Part shown: piece after piece, positions 19,995 to 29,294 of the stretch | How positions within the stretch are numbered: the stretch's first letter is position 1 | How the letters are laid out: each line of letters opens with the position of its first letter | Assembly: GCA_963782115.1 (NCBI GenBank) | Contig: CAWAIK010000003.1 | Coordinates: 192,001 to 256,000, forward strand | Length of the DNA: 64,000 nt | DNA from: an uncultured Verrucomicrobiae bacterium | Lineage (GTDB): Bacteria; Verrucomicrobiota; Verrucomicrobiia; Chthoniobacterales; JAFAMB01 | Direction: 5' to 3' | Translations under genes and position numbers: made by a program | The notes under the pieces: generated by a model | Database searches by the model: none | What the model saw: only the letters and a program-made list of their open reading frames with translations | Told to the model about the DNA's origin: nothing

Positions 19995-20843
19995 ATGGAC
20001 CCTCACGAACACGGACATTCTACGGAAGAAGGCGTTGAACTGCCAACACCAACCACATGGCCGCTCATGTGCGCCTTCGGGATTACTCTGCTTGGGCTCG
20101 GATTGGTTACGACCCTTGTGATTACTCTGATCGGTTTTATTATCGGACTGATCGCAGCGATCGGCTGGTTCAGAAGCGTTTTTCCGACGCCGAAACATAC
20201 ATTTTATCCCTTGGCGGAAGCTGACCGCCGTCCCGCTCCTATCAGAGTGTCCCCGCGCCGGATCGATCATTTGCATTATGGCGAATCGAGCCATCGCACG
20301 CGCATTCCGGTCGAAGTCCATCGGTATTCGGCGGGTATCAAGGGCGGCCTGGTCGGGGGCGCAGTGATGGCAGTTTTGGCTATGGGCTACGGATTGGTCG
20401 TTCAACACAGCATCTGGTATCCGATTAACCTGATGGCCGCCGCCGGTGTTCCTTCTCTGGCCAGCGCAAGCTTGGCCACTCTGCGAGAATTTAGCGCTGC
20501 CGGCCTCACAGTCGCGTTAATAAGTCATCTCGCGTTCTCAATCCTCGTAGGGTTGCTCTACACCGTTCTTCTACCGATGCTTCCGGCGCGGCTGGAATGG
20601 CTGTTCGGCGGTGTAATCACGCCGCTCATCTGGACCGCTTTGATCTATCCGACCTTTAACCTGATTAATCCTGCGCTTGCGGCTCACGTCGACTGGGGCT
20701 GGTTCGTAATCTGTCAGGTCTCGTTCGGGTTGGCCGGCGGCTATGTCGTCTTCAAGTCCCAGAAGGTTGAAACGATGCAAAGCTGGTCGTTGGGCCAAAG
20801 AATGGGTCTACACGCCATGCGACAACAAGACAAGGGAAAGTAG
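19995..20843 (+). CDS. Membrane protein in the oxidase operon (subunit IV-like position)
   Basis: ATG 4 nt after coxC; LPTPTTWPL then ~6 TM helices. Confidence 0.65.
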   Translation: MDPHEHGHSTEEGVELPTPTTWPLMCAFGITLLGLGLVTTLVITLIGFIIGLIAAIGWFRSVFPTPKHTFYPLAEADRRPAPIRVSPRRIDHLHYGESSHRTRIPVEVHRYSAGIKGGLVGGAVMAVLAMGYGLVVQHSIWYPINLMAAAGVPSLASASLATLREFSAAGLTVALISHLAFSILVGLLYTVLLPMLPARLEWLFGGVITPLIWTALIYPTFNLINPALAAHVDWGWFVICQVSFGLAGGYVVFKSQKVETMQSWSLGQRMGLHAMRQQDKGK

Positions 20844-20870
20844 AAGAGTAAACAGTAGAAGAACGGCCAA

Positions 20871-21626
20871 ATGCAGCCACGCACCTTATATTGGATTCTG
20901 CTTTTCGGCGGCCTGGCATTCCTTTGCGGCTGCGGCCGGTTGCCGGGTAAACCGACAGAAGAAGATCGTTGGAAGCCGCCGGAAGCGATCAAAAATTTTG
21001 CGGAGCTATTCGATACAAACTGCCGCGCTTGCCATAGCAATGGACAAACTCTCGGGGCTTCAATTTCTATGAATAATCCCCCCTACCTTGCGGTTATTCC
21101 GAAGGAGGTCATGCACAAAGCCGTCCAAGACGGGATTGCTGGCACGGCAATGCCGGGTTTTTCAGCCAAGGCTGGAGGAATGTTGACCGACGAGCAGATC
21201 AACATCCTGGTCGACGGTATCTACAACTGGGCAAAAGGTCACGAGGTCCCGGCGGACAATCTTCCTCCGTACAGCGCAGCTTTGGGTGATGCGGAACGCG
21301 GAGAAGCGATTTTTGCACAGGATTGTGCCAGCTGCCACGGGTCCGACGGGGAAGGCGTGAAAGGGAAAGCAGGATCGGTGGTCGATACGGCATATCTGAG
21401 CCTAGTAACCGACCAGTATTTGCGGACTGTGGTGATTGCCGGCCGGCCCGAACTCGGGATGCCGGGTTTCCGGGAGTACGTACCAGGGAAACCGATGACA
21501 CCCGAGGAAATTTCCGACGTCGTGGCTTGGCTCGCATCCCGCCGTCAGGGACCGGCTCCAGGGCAGACTGCACAAACCGCGGAAGCCACCACCACCGGAA
21601 CGCAACCCTCAACCTCAAACCAGTAA
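20871..21626 (+). CDS. Diheme cytochrome c, probable lipoprotein
   Basis: Lipobox-like FLCGC; CRACH and CASCH, each followed by a distal MPGF Met. Confidence 0.88.
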   Translation: MQPRTLYWILLFGGLAFLCGCGRLPGKPTEEDRWKPPEAIKNFAELFDTNCRACHSNGQTLGASISMNNPPYLAVIPKEVMHKAVQDGIAGTAMPGFSAKAGGMLTDEQINILVDGIYNWAKGHEVPADNLPPYSAALGDAERGEAIFAQDCASCHGSDGEGVKGKAGSVVDTAYLSLVTDQYLRTVVIAGRPELGMPGFREYVPGKPMTPEEISDVVAWLASRRQGPAPGQTAQTAEATTTGTQPSTSNQ

Positions 21627-22168
21627 TGACCTCAAACGAATCTGAAAGTCATCCGCCGGTCAGTCCCGGGGCAAAGAGTTATTCCACACGGCGCGACTTC
21701 TTGCTGCAGATCGGTATCGTCCTTAACACGGTGGCGGGTTTTATGATCGGAGTGCCGATCGTGGGATTTATTTTATCCAGTCTGATCAAGAGGACTCCTC
21801 GCATCTGGTTCTCCCTCGGGCCGGTTTCGAATTTCCCGGAAGGAGCGATGCGCCTGGCGGTTTACGAAAATCCATACCGTCGCGAGGCCGACGGGCAGAC
21901 TGCGAGACTTACCTGTTGGGTACGGCGGATTCAGGGAAATCAATTCACGGTGTTCGCGGCAAACTGCACTCACTTGGGATGTCCGGTCCGATGGTTTGAA
22001 GAGTCGCAACTCTTTTTGTGTCCGTGTCATGGAGGTGCCTTTTACGCCGACGGTGGACACGCTGCGGGTCCTCCTCCGAGAGGCCTCTATGTGTATGAAC
22101 ATAAGGTCGAGAAGGGCGAATTACAGATTAAAGCTGGTGTCCTGCCCACCCTGGCGAGCCCGTCGTAA
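21626..22168 (+). CDS. qcrA: Rieske [2Fe-2S] subunit of a Rieske/cytochrome b complex
   Basis: Tat motif TRRDFLL plus TM helix; CTHLGC, CPCHGG and GPPPRGL motifs. ATG overlaps the upstream TAA. Confidence 0.92.
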   Translation: MTSNESESHPPVSPGAKSYSTRRDFLLQIGIVLNTVAGFMIGVPIVGFILSSLIKRTPRIWFSLGPVSNFPEGAMRLAVYENPYRREADGQTARLTCWVRRIQGNQFTVFAANCTHLGCPVRWFEESQLFLCPCHGGAFYADGGHAAGPPPRGLYVYEHKVEKGELQIKAGVLPTLASPS

Positions 22169-22173
22169 AAACT

Positions 22174-23697
22174 ATGAGTGCGAAGGAAAGACCGATCATC
22201 AGCACGTTGGTTAACGTGGCGATGTGGTTTGAGCGGAGGCTCCACCTCGTCAAAGTTTGGAAGGCGACCGCCGGTCACCCAATCCCGAAAAGCAGCGCCA
22301 GCTGGTTTTACGTTTTTGGGAGTATGACCCTTCTTACCTTCACGATCCAAATACTGACCGGGATCTTGTTGGCCTTGGTTTATATCCCGTCAGCAAGTGA
22401 AGCGTACCGAAGCCTTGAGTTCCTGAATTATCAACAGGAGCTCGGATGGTTCCTGCGGGCAGTGCATTATTGGGGGTCGAACGCCATGGTTGTCGTCGTG
22501 TTTTTGCACATGACGCAGGTCTTTTTATGGGGCGCCTATAAGCATCCGAGAGAATTAACCTGGATCTCCGGAGTGGTTTTGCTCCTTCTGACACTTGGTC
22601 TGTCTTTCACCGGTCAGGTGATGCGCTTCGACTCCGATGCCTACTGGGGAATCGGCATCGGCGCGGCCATTTCGGGCAGAATCCCGATCATTGGGGCGCA
22701 AGTCGTGAATTTGCTTTTGGGTGGTCCAATTATTGGCAGCGATACGTTGTCGCGCTTCTTTGCTCTCCATGTGTTTGTCCTTCCTGGGGCAGTCCTCGCT
22801 CTCGTTAGCCTTCATCTGCGATTGGTTCTGTTGCAGGGCATCAACGAATACCCAAAGCCGGGAGTCCAGATTCGCAAAGAAACCTACGTCAAAGAGTACA
22901 ATGAGATGACCCACAAGGACGGGATACCATTTGTCCCAAATGGGATCGGCAAGGATATCGTCGCAAATGGATTGCTGCTGCTGGTGATCGTCGCACTCGC
23001 GGTATTCGTCGGACCGAAAGGTCCGGAAATTCCGGCAGATCCAGCCCAGATCATCTCCGAGGCTAAGCCGGACTACCCGTTCCTCTGGCTGCTGTCTGCT
23101 GCTGCCCTGCTGCCGAATGGTTCGGAAATCGCCCTGTTCTTTGTTTTCCCGCTGATTGCCATGATCCTTCTGTTTGGATTGCCTTTTTTCTGCAACGTGG
23201 GCGAAAAACATTACGCTCGGCGACCGCTCTCTATCATCGTCGTCATGCTCACCTACCTGACTATCGGGATGCTCACCTTCGCGGGAGTCAAGGGCCCATG
23301 GTCGCCGCACATGGAGGCCTGGAGCGCCACTCCCATGAAGCCTGAGTTCGTTAAGGGACGTTCGCCGCTTGAACTGCAAGGTGCGCTCCTTTTTCAGGAC
23401 AAACAATGCCGCAATTGTCACGCCGTCGGTGGCGAAGGTGGACGTCGCGGACCAGATCTGTCGGCTGTCGGAGCGCGAATGGACGAACCTGAGTTGGTTC
23501 GGCAAGTGATCCAGGGCGGCGGCAACATGCCGGCTTACGGAAACAATCTTTCCCCGCAGGAGGTCAAGGCTTTGGTTACTTATCTGGTTTCTCTCCGGCC
23601 GGCCAACACGATCCCTGCTCTAAACCCGGCGATTCCGGAAAAGAGCAATCGCGTTTCATCAGGCGAACCGACGAAAGAGACCCGGACTGGGGGATAG
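22174..23697 (+). CDS. qcrB: Cytochrome b + subunit IV-like region + C-terminal cytochrome c fusion
   Basis: Heme b His pairs RAVHYW...FLHM and FALHV...SLHL, Qo-position PDYP, heme c CRNCH...MPAY. Confidence 0.92.
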   Translation: MSAKERPIISTLVNVAMWFERRLHLVKVWKATAGHPIPKSSASWFYVFGSMTLLTFTIQILTGILLALVYIPSASEAYRSLEFLNYQQELGWFLRAVHYWGSNAMVVVVFLHMTQVFLWGAYKHPRELTWISGVVLLLLTLGLSFTGQVMRFDSDAYWGIGIGAAISGRIPIIGAQVVNLLLGGPIIGSDTLSRFFALHVFVLPGAVLALVSLHLRLVLLQGINEYPKPGVQIRKETYVKEYNEMTHKDGIPFVPNGIGKDIVANGLLLLVIVALAVFVGPKGPEIPADPAQIISEAKPDYPFLWLLSAAALLPNGSEIALFFVFPLIAMILLFGLPFFCNVGEKHYARRPLSIIVVMLTYLTIGMLTFAGVKGPWSPHMEAWSATPMKPEFVKGRSPLELQGALLFQDKQCRNCHAVGGEGGRRGPDLSAVGARMDEPELVRQVIQGGGNMPAYGNNLSPQEVKALVTYLVSLRPANTIPALNPAIPEKSNRVSSGEPTKETRTGG

Positions 23698-23826
23698 CCG
23701 ACCAGGAAAAGATCGAGAACGCCATACAGCAAGAACAGGAGAAGGCTGACGGTAGCAACTAGCCTGGAAATCTCCCAAGCCAAAGCACTCGGGAGATTTC
23801 CAGGCTGGCTGCTATAGTAGCGGTCG

Positions 23827-26148
23827 ATGGAAGATCCGGCTAGCGCGGTTTTCAGCTCGTGGGCGATTCCGATAGGACCGACCGTTGCGATTCTACTCTC
23901 ATTCATCTTTTACCTTCGGGGCTGGATCGCGTTGCAGTTTCGAGCTCCTTCTCGATTTCCTCTCTGGCGCCTGTTTTCCTTCGCAGCAGGGCTGGGAACG
24001 ATCTTCCTGGCGATCGCTTCGCCATTAGACGCTTTCGGCGGCCTGCTGTTGCAGGTGCACATGATTCAGCATCTCCTGCTGATGATGGCGGCGCCACCGT
24101 TGATCCTGGCCGGAGCACCTTATCTGCCCATCCTCTCCGGTCTGCCCCGCGTGTTCGCTCGCGAGGTCGTGGGACCGTTTCTCATTTGGCCCCCGCTTCA
24201 GCGAATCGGACACGTCCTGTTTCATCCTGTGATCTGCTGGATCGCCTTCACCACCTCCAATGTGCTCTGGCACCTCCCGGCGTTTTACGAACTGGCACTC
24301 AACTCTCCGGGGTGGCACCAGGTGGAACACCTCTGCTTTCTCCTGACCGGACTTCTGTTTTGGTGGCACATCATCCTGCCGTGGCCCGGCCGTGCACCAT
24401 GGCCACGCTGGGCGATGATTCCTTACCTGGTTCTCGCCGACCTTCAAAATACCGGTCTGGCAGCGTTTCTGACGTTCTATGACAGGGTTCTCTACCCGAC
24501 CTACCAAAGCGCCCCTCGATTATGGGGATCGAACCCGCTCGATGATCAGGTGATCGCAGGAACAATCATGTGGGTGCCCGGTTCGATCATCTTTCTGGTT
24601 CCGGCAGCGATCATTGCCATTCAATTTCTCTCACCAAAACCAAACTTCGGGTTTCCAGACCACCCCGGCGCGCAACCGGCACGACCCCCTGAAGGAGAAT
24701 CGGCGTCACTGCTACGTAAGTTGGGTCTGGGTCCTCATACCTCTCACCAATTTTTTGACTTATTCAAAGTTTCGGTTCTCGGGCGTATCCTGCGTTCCAA
24801 AGCCTTCCGACGCGGAATGCAGGTGGTCATGCTAATCCTCGCAATTGCGGTTTTGCTGGATGGGTTCCTTGGCCCGCAACTGAGTCCAATGAATCTTGCC
24901 GGGGTTCTACCCTGGACCCACTGGCGCGGATTCACGGTGATCGCTCTGTTGTTCGCGGGAAATTTTTTCTGCATGGTTTGTCCGTTCATGTTGGTCCGCG
25001 ATTTGGGGCGGCGTTGGCTTCCGGCCAGGTGGACATGGCCACGTTCATTGCGTAACAAATGGCTGGCGGTGTTATTGCTTGCTCTCTTTTTCTGGTCGTA
25101 CGAAGCATTCAGCCTCTGGAACAGTCCCTGGCTGACTGCCTGGATCATTCTCTCTTATTTCCTGGCAGCCTTGTTAATCGATGGATTTTTTCAGGGCGGA
25201 ACTTTTTGCAAATACGTTTGTCCGATCGGCCAATTCCATTTTGTCCAGTCATTGCTTTCCCCGCTCGAGGTGAAGGTACGAAAACCGGACGTTTGCCGCA
25301 GCTGCAAAACCTTTGATTGCATCCGAGGCAATTCTGAGCAGCGAGGCTGTGAATTGAAACTCTTTCAGCCGAGAAAGAAAGGCAACATGGACTGCACGTT
25401 CTGCATGGACTGTGTCCACGCGTGTCCCCACGATAACGTCGGGCTGATCGCGGTGATTCCCGGCCAGGATCTCTGGTCCGGAGAGCAGCGCTCCTCGATC
25501 GGTCCATTTGCAACCCGGTTCGACCTGGCGGTGCTCGTGTTAATCCTGGTGTTCGGTGCCTTGACAAACGCTGCAGGGATGATAGCTCCGGTCGCGGCTC
25601 TGCTGGATCGTGCGAGTCTCCTGTTCGATCTCCAGCGACCTGTCGTCATTGCCCTGTTCCTGGTCATCGGGATATTTCTGATTCCGGGATTTATAGTCTG
25701 CCTAGCCGGATTTCTGAGCCTGCGGCTCGGTGGACTCCAGGTACCCATCAAGCGGTTCATTTCCGACTTTGCCATGACCATGGTGCCACTCGGCTTCGCC
25801 ATGTGGCTAGCCCACTTTGTCTTTCATCTCTTCACCGGTTCCCACCTGCCGGTCCCGGTGATCGAACGGATTGCCCTGGATCTTCACCTGACCTTCTTCG
25901 GAAAACCGGATTGGGGAATCGCCTCGTGGGCCATGCCGCAATTGCTTGATTTCGAGATCCTGTTCCTCGATCTGGGATTACTCGTTTCGCTCTACGCCGG
26001 GTGGAGAGTCGCGCAACGTTACAACAACTCAAAAAACCGTTCTCTTCTCATTTTCACGCCCTGGTCGCTGATTTACATTCTCTTTTTCCTCGTGGCTATC
26101 TGGATCATTTTTCAACCAATGGATATGCGCGGAACGATGATGTCATAG
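23827..26148 (+). CDS. CtaG-type oxidase assembly factor fused to a NapH/CcoG-like membrane polyferredoxin domain
   Basis: N-terminal SPLD, HMIQHLLLM, WHLP..YE, HQVEH and DDQ..AG.IMW (Caa3_CtaG). C-terminal CMVCP, CKYVCP, CRSCKTFDC and CTFCMDCVHACP. Confidence 0.85.
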   Translation: MEDPASAVFSSWAIPIGPTVAILLSFIFYLRGWIALQFRAPSRFPLWRLFSFAAGLGTIFLAIASPLDAFGGLLLQVHMIQHLLLMMAAPPLILAGAPYLPILSGLPRVFAREVVGPFLIWPPLQRIGHVLFHPVICWIAFTTSNVLWHLPAFYELALNSPGWHQVEHLCFLLTGLLFWWHIILPWPGRAPWPRWAMIPYLVLADLQNTGLAAFLTFYDRVLYPTYQSAPRLWGSNPLDDQVIAGTIMWVPGSIIFLVPAAIIAIQFLSPKPNFGFPDHPGAQPARPPEGESASLLRKLGLGPHTSHQFFDLFKVSVLGRILRSKAFRRGMQVVMLILAIAVLLDGFLGPQLSPMNLAGVLPWTHWRGFTVIALLFAGNFFCMVCPFMLVRDLGRRWLPARWTWPRSLRNKWLAVLLLALFFWSYEAFSLWNSPWLTAWIILSYFLAALLIDGFFQGGTFCKYVCPIGQFHFVQSLLSPLEVKVRKPDVCRSCKTFDCIRGNSEQRGCELKLFQPRKKGNMDCTFCMDCVHACPHDNVGLIAVIPGQDLWSGEQRSSIGPFATRFDLAVLVLILVFGALTNAAGMIAPVAALLDRASLLFDLQRPVVIALFLVIGIFLIPGFIVCLAGFLSLRLGGLQVPIKRFISDFAMTMVPLGFAMWLAHFVFHLFTGSHLPVPVIERIALDLHLTFFGKPDWGIASWAMPQLLDFEILFLDLGLLVSLYAGWRVAQRYNNSKNRSLLIFTPWSLIYILFFLVAIWIIFQPMDMRGTMMS

Positions 26149-26235
26149 ACCAGCCCGCTTGGAAAGCGACTCGGGAGGAAGATTGAATTTAAACAGGAAG
26201 AAACAAGGTGTAGGTTCCTTCCCAGGTCTTTTGGT

Positions 26236-26784
26236 ATGCGGACGGCATTCATTTTTGGTTTGATGCTGTTTCTCGCTCGAGCGAGCTGGGCTGACGGTGG
26301 TGCGATCCAGTTCCAGGGCGATGCGGGATCGTTTCATGTCACGGTTTTCACTTTGCCAGCGATCCTGAGCGCTGGAGCGATTGACGTGACGGTGTTGATC
26401 CAGGATCGTTCCAAACTTAATCCGCTCCTCGATGCACGGGTGACCCTGGATCTCAGTCCGCAATCCGGAAATGTCTTAAAAAAAGAAGCATGGTCACCGC
26501 CCGCCTGCCCTCTGAGCGTCCCTGCCTCCCTTGCAGGTATTGCGGCAAGGCTGAACCACGGAGAAAATCGACTTCTTTATGGCGCACTGACACAAGTTCC
26601 GGATAGCGGTATCTGGAAGCTGAAAATCAACATTCAGCGCGATTCTGAAACGGAAAGCGTCTCAACTCTGCTGAAGGTAAACCCACCTGCCCCGCCCCCA
26701 CTAGCTTATTGGCAGCTGTTTATCCTGCCACCGCTTGGTGTTCTCGGTTTTATTCTGAATCGGACTGCGCGGCGCAGGGTTTGA
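26236..26784 (+). CDS. Exported, C-terminally anchored hypothetical protein (possible YtkA/FixH-like Ig fold)
   Basis: Signal peptide ...ASWA-D, beta-rich body (VTVLIQD, LYGA, GIWKLKINI), C-terminal TM helix plus basic tail. Confidence 0.6.
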   Translation: MRTAFIFGLMLFLARASWADGGAIQFQGDAGSFHVTVFTLPAILSAGAIDVTVLIQDRSKLNPLLDARVTLDLSPQSGNVLKKEAWSPPACPLSVPASLAGIAARLNHGENRLLYGALTQVPDSGIWKLKINIQRDSETESVSTLLKVNPPAPPPLAYWQLFILPPLGVLGFILNRTARRRV

Positions 26785-26802
26785 ACTAACAATGCAAGAA
26801 GT

Positions 26803-26930
26803 CAGGAGTTGCAGAATCCGCAATCAATCCAGTCTGCGCGGAAGAATCCTGAGAGGCTACCTCGACATGCAAGGCTTTATTTTCAAACGCGGGTCCATAT
26901 GAACGGATTTCTGTAACTGCTGAACTCCTG
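26803..26930. repeat. Imperfect inverted repeat element after the respiratory operon
   Basis: caggagttgcagaatccg (26803-26820) pairs with cggatttctgtaactgctg, followed by aactcctg (26904-26930). Confidence 0.6.
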
Positions 26931-27036
26931 CCCTCACAACTCCGCTTGCGATCGCGCTCAGATCACCGAATAGTCTCGGAAAATCGTCTGCCTGCAACGG
27001 AGACCAATCTTATCCCCTATCACTTATCTCGTTCGT

Positions 27037-28365
27037 GTGAAAAGCATTCACGTTTTGATTTCCGTTACGGTTTTGTTGACATTGGCGGCGTTCGCAGGGT
27101 GGTTCGGTCTCCATTCCTTTATTCAAGGCGATTCCTTCCGCGAATGGCTCGGCAAGAAGGTCAGCCACTCGCTCCACGTAGAAGGTCGCTTTGAACCCCT
27201 CACTTGGGAAGGTTCATCCTTCCGATCTGCGGGCTTTTCAGCTATAGGAACTCCGAAGAGCAAACTGCGATCACTCCGGGTGACCAATATTTCTGCGCAC
27301 TTCGACTGGTGGCAACTGCTGAAAGGTCAATGGGTGGTTGATCGTCTCAGCGCGGAGAAACTCGAAGCGATTGTCGGGAAAAAGCCTGCGGAAACACCCC
27401 CTCTCGCCGTCGTTCCAACAGAGCAGCCGAGCGCCTCCAGTCTTCCAAATTTGCTGCCGTCAGAGTTCAGAATCGAACAGCTCTACGTGGCCTCCGTAAA
27501 TCTCCACTGGGAAACAAACCACGGTGACACCGGCCAATTTGTCGGAGCCAGGGTCACTGCGACGCGCAAGGGATCCGATCAGTGGGATATCGCGGCCATC
27601 GGAGGAAATGCCTGGCACGCAACGTACCCGCCGCTGCAAATCGACCACCTCCGTGCCGGTGTCACCCAGGATTCCATCGTGATCCGTGACGCCAAGGCCC
27701 TGACCCCGGGGGGTGGCGAAATCCAGTTGACCGGAAAAATCTCCAAAGGAGAACAATTGAACGCTCAGTTCACCGTCGATTTTTCTGAGCTGGACGCCAA
27801 CCAGGTTTTACCCGCCGAGTGGCATCTCGGAGGCAAAGCTTCAGGAAACCTCGTTTACACCGGAGATCTGGATCGATTTGAACAGGGTGAAGTCACCGGG
27901 TCGGTTAAACTTACCGGCGCTACATTTGATATGACGAACGTTTTCGTGACGCTTCATCAGCTCGCAAAGTTCGGTGGTCTGAATGACGTGCGGATCGATT
28001 CGATTGAGACACATCTCAGATATCATGCACATGACTTGGAGCTTTCGGATATTCGCGCGAGCTACCAGGATCAGATCCGCGTGGAAGGAGCAGGATCCAT
28101 CACTCCGAATCGTCTCGATGGCAACCTGGTCGTTGGACTTTCACCCAGGATTCTCGGATGGATTCCAGGCGCTGAGGAAAAGGTTTTTACGGAGGAGAGA
28201 GATGGTTTGCACTGGACGAAGGTGAGCATCAGCGGGACCCCGGATCAGCCAAAAGAAGATTTAACAAAGCGATTGATAAGCGCTTTTCGAGACAAAATGA
28301 CCAAGGAATTCAAAGGGCAAGCCAAGGACGCTGTCAAGTCGTTGCTCGACATGTTTCACCAATAA
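27037..28365 (+). CDS. AsmA-like membrane-anchored beta-rich protein
   Basis: N-terminal TM anchor, repeated beta-strand pattern and C-terminal ISGTPDQP motif. Confidence 0.6.
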   Translation: MKSIHVLISVTVLLTLAAFAGWFGLHSFIQGDSFREWLGKKVSHSLHVEGRFEPLTWEGSSFRSAGFSAIGTPKSKLRSLRVTNISAHFDWWQLLKGQWVVDRLSAEKLEAIVGKKPAETPPLAVVPTEQPSASSLPNLLPSEFRIEQLYVASVNLHWETNHGDTGQFVGARVTATRKGSDQWDIAAIGGNAWHATYPPLQIDHLRAGVTQDSIVIRDAKALTPGGGEIQLTGKISKGEQLNAQFTVDFSELDANQVLPAEWHLGGKASGNLVYTGDLDRFEQGEVTGSVKLTGATFDMTNVFVTLHQLAKFGGLNDVRIDSIETHLRYHAHDLELSDIRASYQDQIRVEGAGSITPNRLDGNLVVGLSPRILGWIPGAEEKVFTEERDGLHWTKVSISGTPDQPKEDLTKRLISAFRDKMTKEFKGQAKDAVKSLLDMFHQ

Positions 28366-28367
28366 AT

Positions 28368-28826
28368 ATGACATCCCCTCGTTATCGCTCGAATGTCGGG
28401 GCCATTATCAAGAGCATTGCTGGAAAGATCCTGATCGGAGAACGGTCCAATGTGATGGGCGCATGGCAATTCCCGCAGGGAGGGGTCAAAAAATCTGAGA
28501 CTTCCCGGGAAGCGCTTTCTCGCGAATTGCTGGAAGAACTATCTTTGGCCCCGGCCAATTACCGTGTTCTCGAATCCAAGGGACCGTACCGCTACGTTTT
28601 CCCACCAGGCCGAACCAAAGAAGGTTTCGACGGACAAGAACAGACTTATTTTCTCATCGAATTCACCGGGGCGGATTCAAATATCAACATCGCTACGGAA
28701 CAGCCTGAATTCGTGCGGCTTCGCTGGATTGAGCCAAGCGAATTTCAGATCGACTGGGTGCCGGGGTTTAAACAGGACGTTTACCGCCAGGTTTTCTTTG
28801 ATTTCTTCCGGGTTGCCTTGCCGTAA
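28368..28826 (+). CDS. NUDIX hydrolase, RppH-like
   Basis: YRSNVG, WQFPQGG...E...A..RELLEE Nudix box, GQEQTYF and PEF motifs. Confidence 0.88.
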   Translation: MTSPRYRSNVGAIIKSIAGKILIGERSNVMGAWQFPQGGVKKSETSREALSRELLEELSLAPANYRVLESKGPYRYVFPPGRTKEGFDGQEQTYFLIEFTGADSNINIATEQPEFVRLRWIEPSEFQIDWVPGFKQDVYRQVFFDFFRVALP

Positions 28827-29278
28827 CCCGGAGAAAATCCCGATTTTATTCTGACCGGCGTACTTTCCTTTTGACTCTCACCGGGTATTCCGTCATCACC
28901 AGAGGGGTATGTTGACTTTGGGAATGTTTTTGTTTCTTGGTTCCGCGTTGCTAGGATGTGTTTGGTGGGCGTGCAAAAAGGACGATGCGAATCGCTCACG
29001 ATAATGTTTTCTCTTAAACTAGGTCGGTAGTCCTGAATATAGGCGAACCGTAAGGGCGACGATGACCTGAGCAGCTTGTCTAGTAAACGGTGCTCTTTCT
29101 CTAAGGAGGAAGCCAGTCGGATCTCTCAAGTTCCCAGGGAACCCTAGTGTTTCCAAGTCTTGTTTTTTATCCGATTACATTGCTCTTCCTCACATTCTGG
29201 GTTTTCTTGACGCGACCTGTCTCCTGTCTCCCTTGCCGTTCCATAAATTGATCTTGAAATAGAAAATGTATCATTTAG

Positions 29279-29292
29279 TGTTCATTAGAACA
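29279..29292. promoter_or_regulatory. LexA (SOS) box, Verrucomicrobia type
   Basis: TGTTC-ATTA-GAACA, extended palindrome TAGTGTTC-ATTA-GAACACTA (29276-29295), abutting the imuA ATG. Possible -35 TTGAAA at 29254 and -10 TAGTGT at 29276. Confidence 0.88.
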
Positions 29293-29294
29293 CT

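Noticed and set aside
29031..29056. Purine or c-di-GMP riboswitch (GAATATAGG, CCGTAA, GGCGAACC)
   Set aside because: Spacing and junction nucleotides do not fit either consensus.
29129..29143. Second LexA box (GTTC-CCAGG-GAAC)
   Set aside because: Five-nt spacer and missing outer T/A; does not fit TGTTC-N4-GAACA.
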